Below, in pieces: positions 18,329 through 28,205 of a stretch of DNA of 34,766 nucleotides (its first letter is position 1; the number at the start of each line of letters is the position of its first letter). The position numbers and the translations under genes are program-made. The notes beneath the pieces were generated by a model. It ran no database searches and was not told where the DNA came from. It worked only from the letters and a program-made list of their open reading frames with translations. Origin of the DNA: a bacterium (lineage in GTDB: Bacteria; SZUA-182; DTGQ01); contig JBFMGO010000059.1 in NCBI GenBank assembly GCA_040752695.1, positions 1 through 34,766 on the forward strand, read 5' to 3'.

Positions 18329-20242
18329 TCACTTCTCGCTCTCTTCGCCCTTGAGGAACAGTACTCCCAGAGGAGGCAGAGTCAGGACCACGGAGCAGGG
18401 CCTTCCCTGGACCGGGATAGGTGTGGCGTCAACCTTGCCGAAATTACCGTGGCAGCTTCCGCCATACACCCCGGCGTCGCTGTTGAGGGCTTCTTTCCAG
18501 GTACCGCACCAGGGGACTCCTACCCTGTAGTTCATCCTCACCACAGGGGTGAAATTGCAGATGACCAGGATCAGGTCCCCGGTTGTTTTCCCTTTTCTGA
18601 GAAAGCTGATGACACTGGTCTCGGCATCGTGAAAATCCACCCACTCGAATCCTTCGCCGCTGAAATCAAGCTCGTGCAGTGCGGGCTCTTGGGCATAGAG
18701 GCGGTTTAAGTCCTTCACCCACCTTTGTACGCCCTGATGGAGAGGGAATTGGAGCAGATGCCAGTCAAGGCTCAGGTCGTGGTTCCACTCCCGCCACTGG
18801 CCGAATTCGCCTCCCATGAACAGGAGCTTTTTCCCCGGATGGCCGTACATATAACCGTATAAGAGCCTCAGGTTGGCAAACTTTTGCCAGTCGTCTCCGG
18901 GCATTTTCCCGATCAGGGAGCCTTTGCCGTACACTACCTCGTCGTGAGAAAGGGGAAGGACGAAATTTTCCCAAAAAGCGTACCATATGCTGAAGCTTAA
19001 CTGATTCTGGTGATACTTCCGGTGAATGGGTTCCTTCGAAAAGTAAGAGAGGGTATCATGCATCCAGCCCATATTCCATTTCAGGCCGAATCCCAAGCCT
19101 CCGATATAGAGCGGCCTGGACACCATGGGCCAGGCAGTCGACTCTTCGGCTATGGTTTGAACATCGGGGAATCTTTTGTAGACCGCCTCGTTCATCCTTT
19201 TGATAAAGGCTATGGCTTCGATATTTTCCTTGCCGCCATATTCGTTCGGTATCCATTCACCCGCCCTGCGTGCATAATCCAGGTAGAGCATGGAGGCTAC
19301 GGCATCCACCCTGATTCCGTCTATATGATACTTATCGAGCCAGAAGAGGGCTGCCGAGATCAGGAACGATCTCACTTCATGCCTGCCGTAATTAAAGATG
19401 TAGCTCTTCCATTCGGGATGAAATCCTTTTCGCGGGTCTTGATGTTCATACAGGTGGGTGCCATCGAAGTAGACCAGCCCCTGGATATTGTCGGGGAAAT
19501 GGGAAGGCACCCAATCGAGGATCACTCCTATTCCCCGCTGGTGGAGGTAATCGACCAGGTACATAAAGTCCTGGGGAGTTCCGTATCTGCTGGTGGGAGC
19601 GAAGAGCCCCACGATCTGATATCCCCAGGAGCCGTAGAAGGGGTGCTCCATGACCGGTAAAAATTCGACATGGGTAAACCCCATCTTCTCGACATAATCG
19701 GCCAGGGCAACAGCCATCTCCTGATAGGTGAGGAATCTGTCCCCTTCCTCCGGCACCCGCATCCATGATCCGAAGTGGACCTCATAGACGGACATGGGTG
19801 CATCGAGGCTGTTAGCCCTGCATCGATTCTTCATCCATTCGCTGTCCTGCCACTCGTATTTCAGGTCCCAGACCACCGAGGCAGTTTCAGGAGCGGGCTC
19901 CCAGCGGAAGGCCAGAGGATCTCCCTTATCGACCCGGTACCCCTTGTGCCTGGACCTGATATGGTACTTATAAGGTGTACTATGTGCAATACCGCCAATA
20001 AAGCCCTCCCATATCCCTGAGCCGTCCATTCTCAGGTTCAGCGGATGGGAGTCCGGATTCCACCCATTGAATTTCCCCATCACCGTGACTTTTTCCGCAT
20101 TCGGAGCCCAGACCGCAAAAAAGGCTCCCTTGACTCCGTTAACGGTCATAAGGTGAGAGCCGAGTTTGTCGTAGAGGTTAAAGTGACTTCCCTCTCTGAA
20201 GAGATAAACATCACTATCGGTTAAAAGGCTCTCCGTATCCAT
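18329..20242 (-). CDS. glgB: 1,4-alpha-glucan branching enzyme
   Basis: [44 protein letters not shown]; start at MDTES (20242). Confidence 0.97.
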   Translation of the reverse strand: MDTESLLTDSDVYLFREGSHFNLYDKLGSHLMTVNGVKGAFFAVWAPNAEKVTVMGKFNGWNPDSHPLNLRMDGSGIWEGFIGGIAHSTPYKYHIRSRHKGYRVDKGDPLAFRWEPAPETASVVWDLKYEWQDSEWMKNRCRANSLDAPMSVYEVHFGSWMRVPEEGDRFLTYQEMAVALADYVEKMGFTHVEFLPVMEHPFYGSWGYQIVGLFAPTSRYGTPQDFMYLVDYLHQRGIGVILDWVPSHFPDNIQGLVYFDGTHLYEHQDPRKGFHPEWKSYIFNYGRHEVRSFLISAALFWLDKYHIDGIRVDAVASMLYLDYARRAGEWIPNEYGGKENIEAIAFIKRMNEAVYKRFPDVQTIAEESTAWPMVSRPLYIGGLGFGLKWNMGWMHDTLSYFSKEPIHRKYHQNQLSFSIWYAFWENFVLPLSHDEVVYGKGSLIGKMPGDDWQKFANLRLLYGYMYGHPGKKLLFMGGEFGQWREWNHDLSLDWHLLQFPLHQGVQRWVKDLNRLYAQEPALHELDFSGEGFEWVDFHDAETSVISFLRKGKTTGDLILVICNFTPVVRMNYRVGVPWCGTWKEALNSDAGVYGGSCHGNFGKVDATPIPVQGRPCSVVLTLPPLGVLFLKGEESEK

Positions 20243-20320
20243 TGCATTTCCCCCCTTTGGATATTCGCTCTTTTCCTCTTTACTTCTTTTCTTCAATTTT
20301 TCTTAAGCTCCTTCCTCACT

Positions 20321-20382
20321 CTTTCCTGTTTTTTTCTTACCCGGTTTTTTTCTTACCCGGTCTCTTCTTACTCGGCCTCTTC
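20321..20382 (-). repeat. Four degenerate 15-16 bp tandem units starting in the last codons of treS
   Basis: GAAGAGGCCGAGTAA / GAAGAGACCGGGTAA / GAAAAAAACCGGGTAA / GAAAAAAACAGGAAAG. Confidence 0.8.
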
Positions 20383-23300
20383 AACCAGATATCTTACGCC
20401 CCGCAAGGGAATGCCCACCCATTCGGGCCGGTTGTCCAGTTCGTACCTGATCTCATAGAAGGCCTTATCCAGAAGGAATGCCTGGAGCATGATCTTCAGG
20501 TCTTCTTTTTCTTTTGGAATAAAAGGTGCATCCTTGACCGTTTTCAGGTAAGATTTTAAAAATGCGCTTCCGGTACATTTGTACCAAAGGTCTGCCCATG
20601 GCTCGAGATGCACTCTGTCCTCAGGTCTGATAAGCGTTTTTTTGAGCAGGGCGGTATAGGCTGCGTAATGGAGCGACCTGAGCATACCGGCCACATCCTG
20701 CAACGGAGATCTCTTTAATCTCCTTTCGCTTAACGATCGGGCAGGCTCTCCTTCAAAGTCGATAATAACGACATCTTTCCCGGTATAGAGGACCTGGCCC
20801 AGGTGATAATCTCCGTGTATTCTTATCTTCTCTGCCGAGAGCTTTCTCTGGAGAAAGGCTTTGAACCGGTTCACCACATTTTTCCTCAAAGACAGGACCT
20901 CTTCTGCCTGGTGCCTTTCACTTGCCGGGAGTTTTTCGAGGTTCTTCTCTAAAAGCTGGAAAGTCCTCATAACCCCGCTTTGCAGGGATTGATAGACGGA
21001 CCTTTGATAAAGGAGCGAGTAAGGTTCCGGTGCAAAGTGCGGATTTTCCCTGTCCGAGGAGAGGGCAAGGTGCAGTTCGCCGGTTCTTCTGCCCAGAAGG
21101 TGTATCGTCTCCAGGTAATGAGAGTTTAAAAGCTCATGGAAAAGAGGGGGTATCTCCTGATAGGCCGCTTCGGGGAAGGAGGCAGGAACCTCCGGCATAT
21201 CCTGAGCCTTGATCGCTTTTGAAAGAATATTCGAGAAATACCGCTCCAGGGCATCGAGGGTATAGGTCCAGGCATCTCCCTCGTTGGGTATAAATCCCTG
21301 GAGAATAGCCACGATAGTCGATTCTGCCCGCGGCTTTCTATACTCGATCACTCCTGCAAAAGGCGGCGCCTGGGAATAGGATACTTTTTCGGTCAGGAAC
21401 CACAATAATTCCAGGTCTGAGTTCATCCCTTCCTCAAGCCGCCTGAAGAGCTTCAGAAAGAGCCTGTTCCCGTAGAGAATGGACGAGTTGCTCTGCTCTC
21501 CCTTCAATACCAGGGATTCAAAAGGGAGCTGTTTCTCCTTCATGAAACCGCGAAGGGCCTTTCCGGGATAGGCTGCCAGTTCTCCTCCGTCGTCCCTGAT
21601 CTTCTGCCTTTTTGAAACCATCAGGAGAAGGTCCTGGCGGAACTTTTCGCTGTAAACCCCATCATAGATAATCCCCATTACCTCGTCTATCCTGACCCTG
21701 GCAATCACCCCTTGAGGATGGTCCTCCATGATCTGCTGAGCCTGGGTTTCGTGGGCAAAGGTCAGGGGAAGGAGGTAAACCTCCGGCATACCTTCGGTGT
21801 AATGAACATCGAGAAAAAGAAGGTAAACAGCCGGTGAGTTTTTGCTCATGGGGATAGTTTTCACGATCTTTACCTGCTGTATCCTCCGCGATTTTCCACC
21901 AAACCACCGTGAGCTTCGCAGGAAAGAGGGCAGTATCTCCTTTACGAGTCTTTCTCCTGCTTTCCCCTTGAGAACCTTCTCCCATTTTTCGTTTACCTGG
22001 ATTTCCGGCAGGGGCTTCCAGGCGTGGACCCCTTCTTCCTCCTCATGTTTGCGGAGCAAAAACAGATAATAGCCATACGATCCGAGGGTAAGCGGGTAGG
22101 GGGTATTTTTCACCGGGATAAAGGCATTTTTGCTGAAGACTTCTTCAGGTATGTATCCTGCATACTTGGAAAGTTCGAGTTCGACGAGTTGAGGGTGCTT
22201 TGATAAATTCACGACCACCAGGATATGCTCATCATGATACTGCCGAATGAAGGCCAGAACCTTGCTGTTTTCCGGAAAGAGAAATTCGATGGTCCCCCGG
22301 CCAAAGGACTTGAAACTGTTCCTCATGGTAATGAACTGCCTCATCCACCACAGAAGGGACGCCTGGCTTCTTTCCTGGTTTTCCACATTGATCGCTTCGT
22401 AGTGGTATTCCGGGTCAATGATAACCGGCAGATAGAGTTTTTGGGGATTGGCGTGGGAAAAGCCGGCGTTCCGGTCTCCGCTCCACTGCATGGGGGTTCT
22501 GACGCCGTTTCTGTCCCCCAGATAGTAATTGTCTCCCATGCCGATCTCATCTCCATAATAAATAACCGGTGTTCCCGGCATGGACAGGAGGAGAAAGTTC
22601 ATCAGCTCGATCTTTCTCCGGTCGTCTTCCAAAAGGGGTGCCAAGCGCCTGCGGATTCCGAGGTTTATTCTCGCCGCATGGTCTTTGGCATATATCCTGT
22701 ACATATAGTCTCTTTCCTCGTCGGTCACCATTTCGAGGGTAAGCTCGTCATGGTTTCTCAGAAAGAGTGCCCATTGACAGGGATCGGGTATGGGAGGGGT
22801 CTGGTCGAGGATTTCTATGACCGGATACCGGTTTTCCATCCGGATGGCCATGAACATTCTGGGCATCAGGGGAAAATGAAAAGCCATATGGCATCCATCG
22901 CCATCCCCGAAATAGTTGACCGCATCCTCCGGCCATTGGTTGGCTTCCGCCAGGAGCATCCTGCCTTTGTACTTTTTATCGACGTAAGCCCTCAGTTTTT
23001 TTAAAAATTGATAGGTTTGCGACAAATTCTCGCAGTTCGTTCCCTCCTCTTCATAAAGGTAGGGCACGGCGTCGAGCCGCATTCCATCGACACCCATACC
23101 GAACCAGTAGTCGATTACCCGCAGCATCACCTTTTGTACCTGCGGATGATCGAAGTTCAAATCGGGCTGATGAGAGTAAAACCGGTGCCAGTAGTAAGCC
23201 TTGGCTACCGGGTCCCATGACCAGTTGGAGGGCTCGAAATCCTTGAATATGATCCTGGCGTCTTTATACTTTTCCGGTGTAGAGCTCCAGACATAGAAAT

Positions 23301-23703
23301 TCCTCCAACTGGAGCCTTCCTTTGCCCTTCTCGACTTCTGAAACCACTCGTGCTGGTCGGACGTGTGGTTGAGAACAAGCTCCGTAATAACCCGTATCCC
23401 CCGGCGGTGAGCCTCTTTGAGAAACTCTTTGAAGTCTCTTAACGTGCCATAATCAGGATGGACATCGAAGTAATTGGCTATATCGTATCCATCATCTTTC
23501 AAAGGTGAGGGATAGAAGGGCAGGAGCCATACAGCCGTTATCCCGAGATTTTCCAGGTGATCGAGTTTTTGAGTGAGCCCGCGAAAATCTCCTATGCCAT
23601 CGTCATTACTGTCGTAAAAGGTCTTGACATGAAGTTCATAGATTATCGCGTCCTTATACCAGTGGGCATCCTCTTCAAGATTTGCTGCTTTCCGTGATAT
23701 CAA
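20368..23703 (-). CDS. treS: Trehalose synthase fused to maltokinase (TreS-Mak/Pep2)
   Basis: WYKDAIIYE, NHTSDQH, RLDAVPYL, LAEANQWP, RNHDELTLE; C-terminal EQSNSS, RIHGDYHLGQVL, IDFEGEP. Confidence 0.97.
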   Translation of the reverse strand: MISRKAANLEEDAHWYKDAIIYELHVKTFYDSNDDGIGDFRGLTQKLDHLENLGITAVWLLPFYPSPLKDDGYDIANYFDVHPDYGTLRDFKEFLKEAHRRGIRVITELVLNHTSDQHEWFQKSRRAKEGSSWRNFYVWSSTPEKYKDARIIFKDFEPSNWSWDPVAKAYYWHRFYSHQPDLNFDHPQVQKVMLRVIDYWFGMGVDGMRLDAVPYLYEEEGTNCENLSQTYQFLKKLRAYVDKKYKGRMLLAEANQWPEDAVNYFGDGDGCHMAFHFPLMPRMFMAIRMENRYPVIEILDQTPPIPDPCQWALFLRNHDELTLEMVTDEERDYMYRIYAKDHAARINLGIRRRLAPLLEDDRRKIELMNFLLLSMPGTPVIYYGDEIGMGDNYYLGDRNGVRTPMQWSGDRNAGFSHANPQKLYLPVIIDPEYHYEAINVENQERSQASLLWWMRQFITMRNSFKSFGRGTIEFLFPENSKVLAFIRQYHDEHILVVVNLSKHPQLVELELSKYAGYIPEEVFSKNAFIPVKNTPYPLTLGSYGYYLFLLRKHEEEEGVHAWKPLPEIQVNEKWEKVLKGKAGERLVKEILPSFLRSSRWFGGKSRRIQQVKIVKTIPMSKNSPAVYLLFLDVHYTEGMPEVYLLPLTFAHETQAQQIMEDHPQGVIARVRIDEVMGIIYDGVYSEKFRQDLLLMVSKRQKIRDDGGELAAYPGKALRGFMKEKQLPFESLVLKGEQSNSSILYGNRLFLKLFRRLEEGMNSDLELLWFLTEKVSYSQAPPFAGVIEYRKPRAESTIVAILQGFIPNEGDAWTYTLDALERYFSNILSKAIKAQDMPEVPASFPEAAYQEIPPLFHELLNSHYLETIHLLGRRTGELHLALSSDRENPHFAPEPYSLLYQRSVYQSLQSGVMRTFQLLEKNLEKLPASERHQAEEVLSLRKNVVNRFKAFLQRKLSAEKIRIHGDYHLGQVLYTGKDVVIIDFEGEPARSLSERRLKRSPLQDVAGMLRSLHYAAYTALLKKTLIRPEDRVHLEPWADLWYKCTGSAFLKSYLKTVKDAPFIPKEKEDLKIMLQAFLLDKAFYEIRYELDNRPEWVGIPLRGVRYLVEEAE

Positions 23704-23712
23704 TTGCCTTCC

Positions 23713-25701
23713 TCATACGAAATAATCGAAATCGGTTTCTCTTTTCAGCCTCTTCCTGATTCTCAAAATATGCCCAGGAAGAAGATTGGGATTAAGCTCT
23801 ACATAGTTTCTTTCGCCATGCCAGATATACTTGACTTCACTGATTAAATCATGCACAAGATATGATTGGTCCGGACCTATTCCGAATGTGGAAAGGGGCA
23901 CTTTTACCCATCCGGACTGAGTATGGAAGGGATCGAGGTTGACCACAACCAGAATGATATTGTCGAGATCTTCGGTTGCCTTTCCATAAAAGAGAAGATA
24001 CTCGTTGTCCACTTCGTAAAAACGGAGTGTCCGGTTCATCTGGAGAGCCGGGTTTTCCTTCCTTATTTTATTTATCTTTCTCACATAATCCCGCAGGCTC
24101 TCTCCCCCCTGGCTTCCATCCCAGTGCCTGACCTCGTATTTTTCCGAATTCAGATACTCTTCCCTGCCAGGGACGGCCTCATTCTGACATAACTCAAAGG
24201 CCGGTCCGTAAAGTCCGTAACTGGAGGAGAGAGTCGCAGCCAGGATTAGCCGTGTAATAAAGGCCGGCCTCCCCCCATACTGGAGAGGTTCGGGCAGGAT
24301 GTCCGGGGTATTGGGCCAGAAGTTCGGTCTGAAGTACTCTTTCACCTCGGTCTCGGTCAGTTCCCGAAGATAGGCGATCAACTCCTGCCCCGTATTTCTC
24401 CAGGTGAAGTAGGTGTAGGATTGAGTAAATCCGAGCTTGGCCAGGCGGTACATCACTTTTGGCCTGGTGAAGGCCTCGGAGAGAAAGATCACTTCAGGAT
24501 ACTCTTTTTTAACCTCCCCGATCAGCCATTCCCAAAAAGAGAAGGGTTTGGTATGGGGATTATCGACCCTGAAGATTTTTACTCCCTTGCCGATCCAGAA
24601 GAGCACCACGCTCTTCAACTCCTCCCAGAGCGATAACCACTGGTCCGTTTCAAAGTTCAGGGGGACGATATCTTCGTACTTTTTGGGAGGATTCTCGGCA
24701 TGCTGAATAGTACCGTCAGGCCGCATTCTGAACCACTCAGGGTGCTCCTTGACATACGGATGGTCAGGGCCGCACTGAAAGGCCAGATCAACGGCAATTT
24801 CTATCCCATACTTTTCAGCCTTCCCGACCAGCCTTTCAAAATCTTCCATGGTTCCAAGCTGCGGATGGATAGCCTTGTGTCCGCCCTCGTCTGATCCGAT
24901 GGCCCAGGGACTGCCGACATCATCGAGCTCGGCCACAGGTGAATTGTTCTTCCCCTTGCGGTTCGTTTCCGATATCGGATGGATAGGGGGGAGGTAGAAA
25001 ACATCGAAGCCCAATTTGGCTATTTCCGGTAGAAGCGCTTCGCAATCCCTGAGCGTCCCGTGCCGTCCAGGCTCCTGCGAGCATGAGCGTGGAAACCGCT
25101 CATACCAGGAGCTGAAAAGAGCCCGCCTCCTGTCTACGACAACCTTAAGCTCCCTCTCATAGCGGGATGATATTTCCCTGTCCGGATTCCGGTCCATGAG
25201 AGCAGAAAGCTCTTCGCCAAGAGCAACCGGAATCACTTCCTGTATATCCTTTGTCCCCTGTAAAAGACGGGCACATTCCAGAAGCCTTTTGGCATCGTTT
25301 TCCGAAGCCCTCTTCGATGCCGCTTCAAGGTATTCGGCACCGATGAGAATATCCACGTTGATGTCCTGCCCGGCCTGGTGTTTTTTCCTCAAGTCGTTCT
25401 GCCAGGTTTTAAAATGATCGACCCCGCCTTCGAGCGTATAGCGATACATGCCCGGCTCATCAACCACAAATTCCCCCTGCCACCGGTCATTGCCGATAAA
25501 ATGCATGGGGGTCTCCTGCCAGCTATGCTCATCCTCTCTTCTATACAGCAGATTGGCGAAGACGCACGTATGACCGTCAGCGAAGACATCCGCTTGCACG
25601 ACAACCTTTTCACCCAGGACTCTTTTGACAGAAAACCGGCCACAGTCGATTTCCGGAATAACTCTCTCTATTATTACTCTTTTTCTTCCCATATCAGACA
25701 T
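23713..25701 (-). CDS. glgE: Alpha-1,4-glucan:maltose-1-phosphate maltosyltransferase
   Basis: WYERFPRS, YLPPIHPI, RKGKNN, AENPPKKYEDI, FRVDNPHTKP, FWPNTPDIL. Confidence 0.97.
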   Translation of the reverse strand: MSDMGRKRVIIERVIPEIDCGRFSVKRVLGEKVVVQADVFADGHTCVFANLLYRREDEHSWQETPMHFIGNDRWQGEFVVDEPGMYRYTLEGGVDHFKTWQNDLRKKHQAGQDINVDILIGAEYLEAASKRASENDAKRLLECARLLQGTKDIQEVIPVALGEELSALMDRNPDREISSRYERELKVVVDRRRALFSSWYERFPRSCSQEPGRHGTLRDCEALLPEIAKLGFDVFYLPPIHPISETNRKGKNNSPVAELDDVGSPWAIGSDEGGHKAIHPQLGTMEDFERLVGKAEKYGIEIAVDLAFQCGPDHPYVKEHPEWFRMRPDGTIQHAENPPKKYEDIVPLNFETDQWLSLWEELKSVVLFWIGKGVKIFRVDNPHTKPFSFWEWLIGEVKKEYPEVIFLSEAFTRPKVMYRLAKLGFTQSYTYFTWRNTGQELIAYLRELTETEVKEYFRPNFWPNTPDILPEPLQYGGRPAFITRLILAATLSSSYGLYGPAFELCQNEAVPGREEYLNSEKYEVRHWDGSQGGESLRDYVRKINKIRKENPALQMNRTLRFYEVDNEYLLFYGKATEDLDNIILVVVNLDPFHTQSGWVKVPLSTFGIGPDQSYLVHDLISEVKYIWHGERNYVELNPNLLPGHILRIRKRLKRETDFDYFV

Positions 25702-25989
25702 AATAATTACCTGATTTATACGCTTATTGAACATATAATTATACTAAACTCTGGGCTTCCAGACAGATGAACTTACCTTACCAAATATCATCAGCCAAAT
25801 CAACACTATTTCTTCATTACAATTTTCATGAACCAAGCAGGGTGATAAAGGACCGCCTTGCAAGAACATCGTCAAAAAGGCACTGAATATACGATCCCGT
25901 TACGGGCCTTTCCTCAAGATGTTACCACTGCGGCAGCATCGGGGACATCAAAACAGCGGACGGACTTTCCCCTCCTCTCCAGAATACGA

Positions 25990-26316
25990 TTTTGCGCCTT
26001 GGATAAGGGCACTGTCAAGCCGGGTGCGTTCATTCCTTCTGCCTACACCAGGCCTTTTAGAATTGGTCCGCCAATCCATACCATAAAAATAGACCGTACT
26101 TTCGTCAGCCAGATCTGTGAAAATTCCCGTGACGCCGTGATTACCGAGGCGATTATCGCCATGGCCCATAAATTAAATCTGACGGTGGTGGCTGAAGGAG
26201 TTGAAACAGAAGAACAAAAGGAGTTTCTCACTAAACAGGGCTGTGAATTGGCTCAAGGCTTTCTGTTCAGCAAACCCCTGCTAGCCGAAGAATTTTTGAA
26301 ATTATTGAAACAATAA
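25990..26316 (+). pseudogene. EAL (c-di-GMP phosphodiesterase) domain remnant
   Basis: PIHTIKIDRTFV...AIIAMAHKLNLTVVAEGVET...AQGFLFSKP; EAL and DDFGTG motifs absent. Confidence 0.8.
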
Positions 26317-26419
26317 GCTCTAATACTACAGCGAGACTTTCAAATAGTTACTTTCCACAATCATACGTCAGAAAATGATATCAAGTCAATCCCTCAAGGG
26401 GCATGGCCTATGGAAATAA

Positions 26420-26484
26420 AAGAGCCCGGCTGAAAAAAGGAGATTCCCCCGCAAAGGGAATCCCCTTTTTTCAGCCGGGCTCTT
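26420..26484. terminator. 29-bp-stem hairpin between convergent genes
   Basis: AAGAGCCCGGCTGAAAAAAGGAGATTCCC-ccgcaaa-GGGAATCCCCTTTTTTCAGCCGGGCTCTT, one mismatch. Confidence 0.7.
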
Positions 26485-26536
26485 AAACCCTATAGTATCA
26501 GGAAAAGGATAAAATCTGATCCCGAAGGGTAAAAGC

Positions 26537-28108
26537 TTAATCCAGACAGGATGCCTGCCCCAGGTACTTCTTGAAGATGCACAGAGCATCGGAGGGTGTA
26601 GCCTTCCCGTCGCCATTGACATCGGTGCAATCGCTGCATGGACCTGTCCCCAGGTAACAGGTGAAGACAATCAGGGCGTCCTTTGGGGTAATGGCACCAT
26701 CGCCGTTGAGGTCTCCGGTGCAGTTTTGCTTTTTGCACAGGCATCCTCCGCTGGAGGAGAAGTGAGTCAGATCATCCGTCAAGCCATCCACCAGCAGGGG
26801 AAAACACTCCGTTCCCTGTCCATCCAAAACGATAAATTTCAGCCAGACTAAAGGACCATTCGCCCCTTGCGGGATGCTGCTTCCGAAAGTGAATCCACCT
26901 ACCCTCAGCGTGTTCGAATCAACCACACTGACATCGAGCATGGTGAAAGAAGTTGTCAGATCTCCTTTCTCGTAGCCTGAATAGTGCAGGGCATCCCCGT
27001 TGTAGGTAACTTCAAGGCCGAAGGAGGAGATTGAGCCGGGTGCATACCTGACGTTTACCGGAACCCGGACTTCCAGATTTACTGCTCCTGTGGCACCTGC
27101 TAAATCCACAGCTCCTGAATCGTCTTCCACGCATCCTGAAGGTGTGCCGCAATTGGCTGTATCGTCTCCTCCCTGGCAGTCATCGTCTTTACCGTTGCAG
27201 GGAATTTCCGGTGCCCGGGGATGGACGCTCCTGTCCGTATCGTCGCAGTCGCCGTTCTGTAAAACATACCCCGAAGGTGCGGAGCAGGCCCGCAGGATTC
27301 TTGATGCCTGACCATATCCGTCTCCATCAGAATCCGCATAGTAGGTATTCAAAAGCCCCTCGTCTACCTCACCATCGCAGTCATTGTCCTTGCCGTCGCA
27401 GACTTCAGCCTGAGGCAGGGGGGCATTACAGCCGGCCCATTGGCCCAGTCGGCAGGTTTCCAGCCCCTCGCCGCAGGCAGAGGAGCAGGGCCTGACCAGC
27501 CCTTCATCTATCTGGCCATCTGCATCATTGTCCCTCGCATCGCAGGTTTCCTCTGCCTGGGTTCGTATGGCTATCTCACAGCCCTGGCCGACAGTGGTCA
27601 GCAGTTGTCCTGGCGGTGTGCAGGAGGTGGGCGCAGTGTTGGTCAGCGCCAGTTTTGTCCCCTGCTGAGCTGACCGGGATAGAAGAAAGGTAACCGTGGC
27701 TACCTGACCGTCCGGGATGGCCCTGATCTGCCGCCCGACACTGGTGCTGCCGCTGAGGTTAGGAATGATGGCCATCCGGAAAATACCTGTGGATGGGATG
27801 CTGCTGATCACTATCCGGTCGCTCGCGGTACCTTCAGCAATGGACGGATTGATCGTGGCTTCAGGATTTGAAATCATCTGCGGATTAAAACCGATATCAA
27901 GGGCCAGCGAGCCCACCTGTGCACCGTTGGCCTGCAAAATTACGGGCACAGAGACGAGCCCCCCAGGCTCTCCGGCACTATTGGTTAAATTGATGCTCAC
28001 CGGCGATGGCTGCTGTGCCCTGGCCAGGGTGCAGTTTCCCGGCCAGCAGCAGGCCCAGCAGCAAAGGATAAAGGCCAAGCTCATCATAAAGCATGCTCTT
28101 TTTTTCAT
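26537..28108 (-). CDS. Secreted protein: cohesin - MopE-like acidic Cys-rich repeats - cohesin - dockerin
   Basis: Signal peptide; VSVPVIL...LALDIGFNP...GQVATVTF; CDGKDNDCDGEVDE, YYADSDGDGYG, GDCDDTD; VRVPVNV...FGLEVTYN...GPLVWLKF; GDLNGDGAITPKDA...DVNGDGKATPSDA. Confidence 0.82.
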   Translation of the reverse strand: MKKRACFMMSLAFILCCWACCWPGNCTLARAQQPSPVSINLTNSAGEPGGLVSVPVILQANGAQVGSLALDIGFNPQMISNPEATINPSIAEGTASDRIVISSIPSTGIFRMAIIPNLSGSTSVGRQIRAIPDGQVATVTFLLSRSAQQGTKLALTNTAPTSCTPPGQLLTTVGQGCEIAIRTQAEETCDARDNDADGQIDEGLVRPCSSACGEGLETCRLGQWAGCNAPLPQAEVCDGKDNDCDGEVDEGLLNTYYADSDGDGYGQASRILRACSAPSGYVLQNGDCDDTDRSVHPRAPEIPCNGKDDDCQGGDDTANCGTPSGCVEDDSGAVDLAGATGAVNLEVRVPVNVRYAPGSISSFGLEVTYNGDALHYSGYEKGDLTTSFTMLDVSVVDSNTLRVGGFTFGSSIPQGANGPLVWLKFIVLDGQGTECFPLLVDGLTDDLTHFSSSGGCLCKKQNCTGDLNGDGAITPKDALIVFTCYLGTGPCSDCTDVNGDGKATPSDALCIFKKYLGQASCLD

Positions 28109-28205
28109 GAATAGTGTCCTCTCTTATCTTGTCTTCGCTTATCTTGCACTGTACAGGTCATCTATTTTTTTCTCTCTCTTGCACGATACGATGGCTTTTC
28201 CAAGA

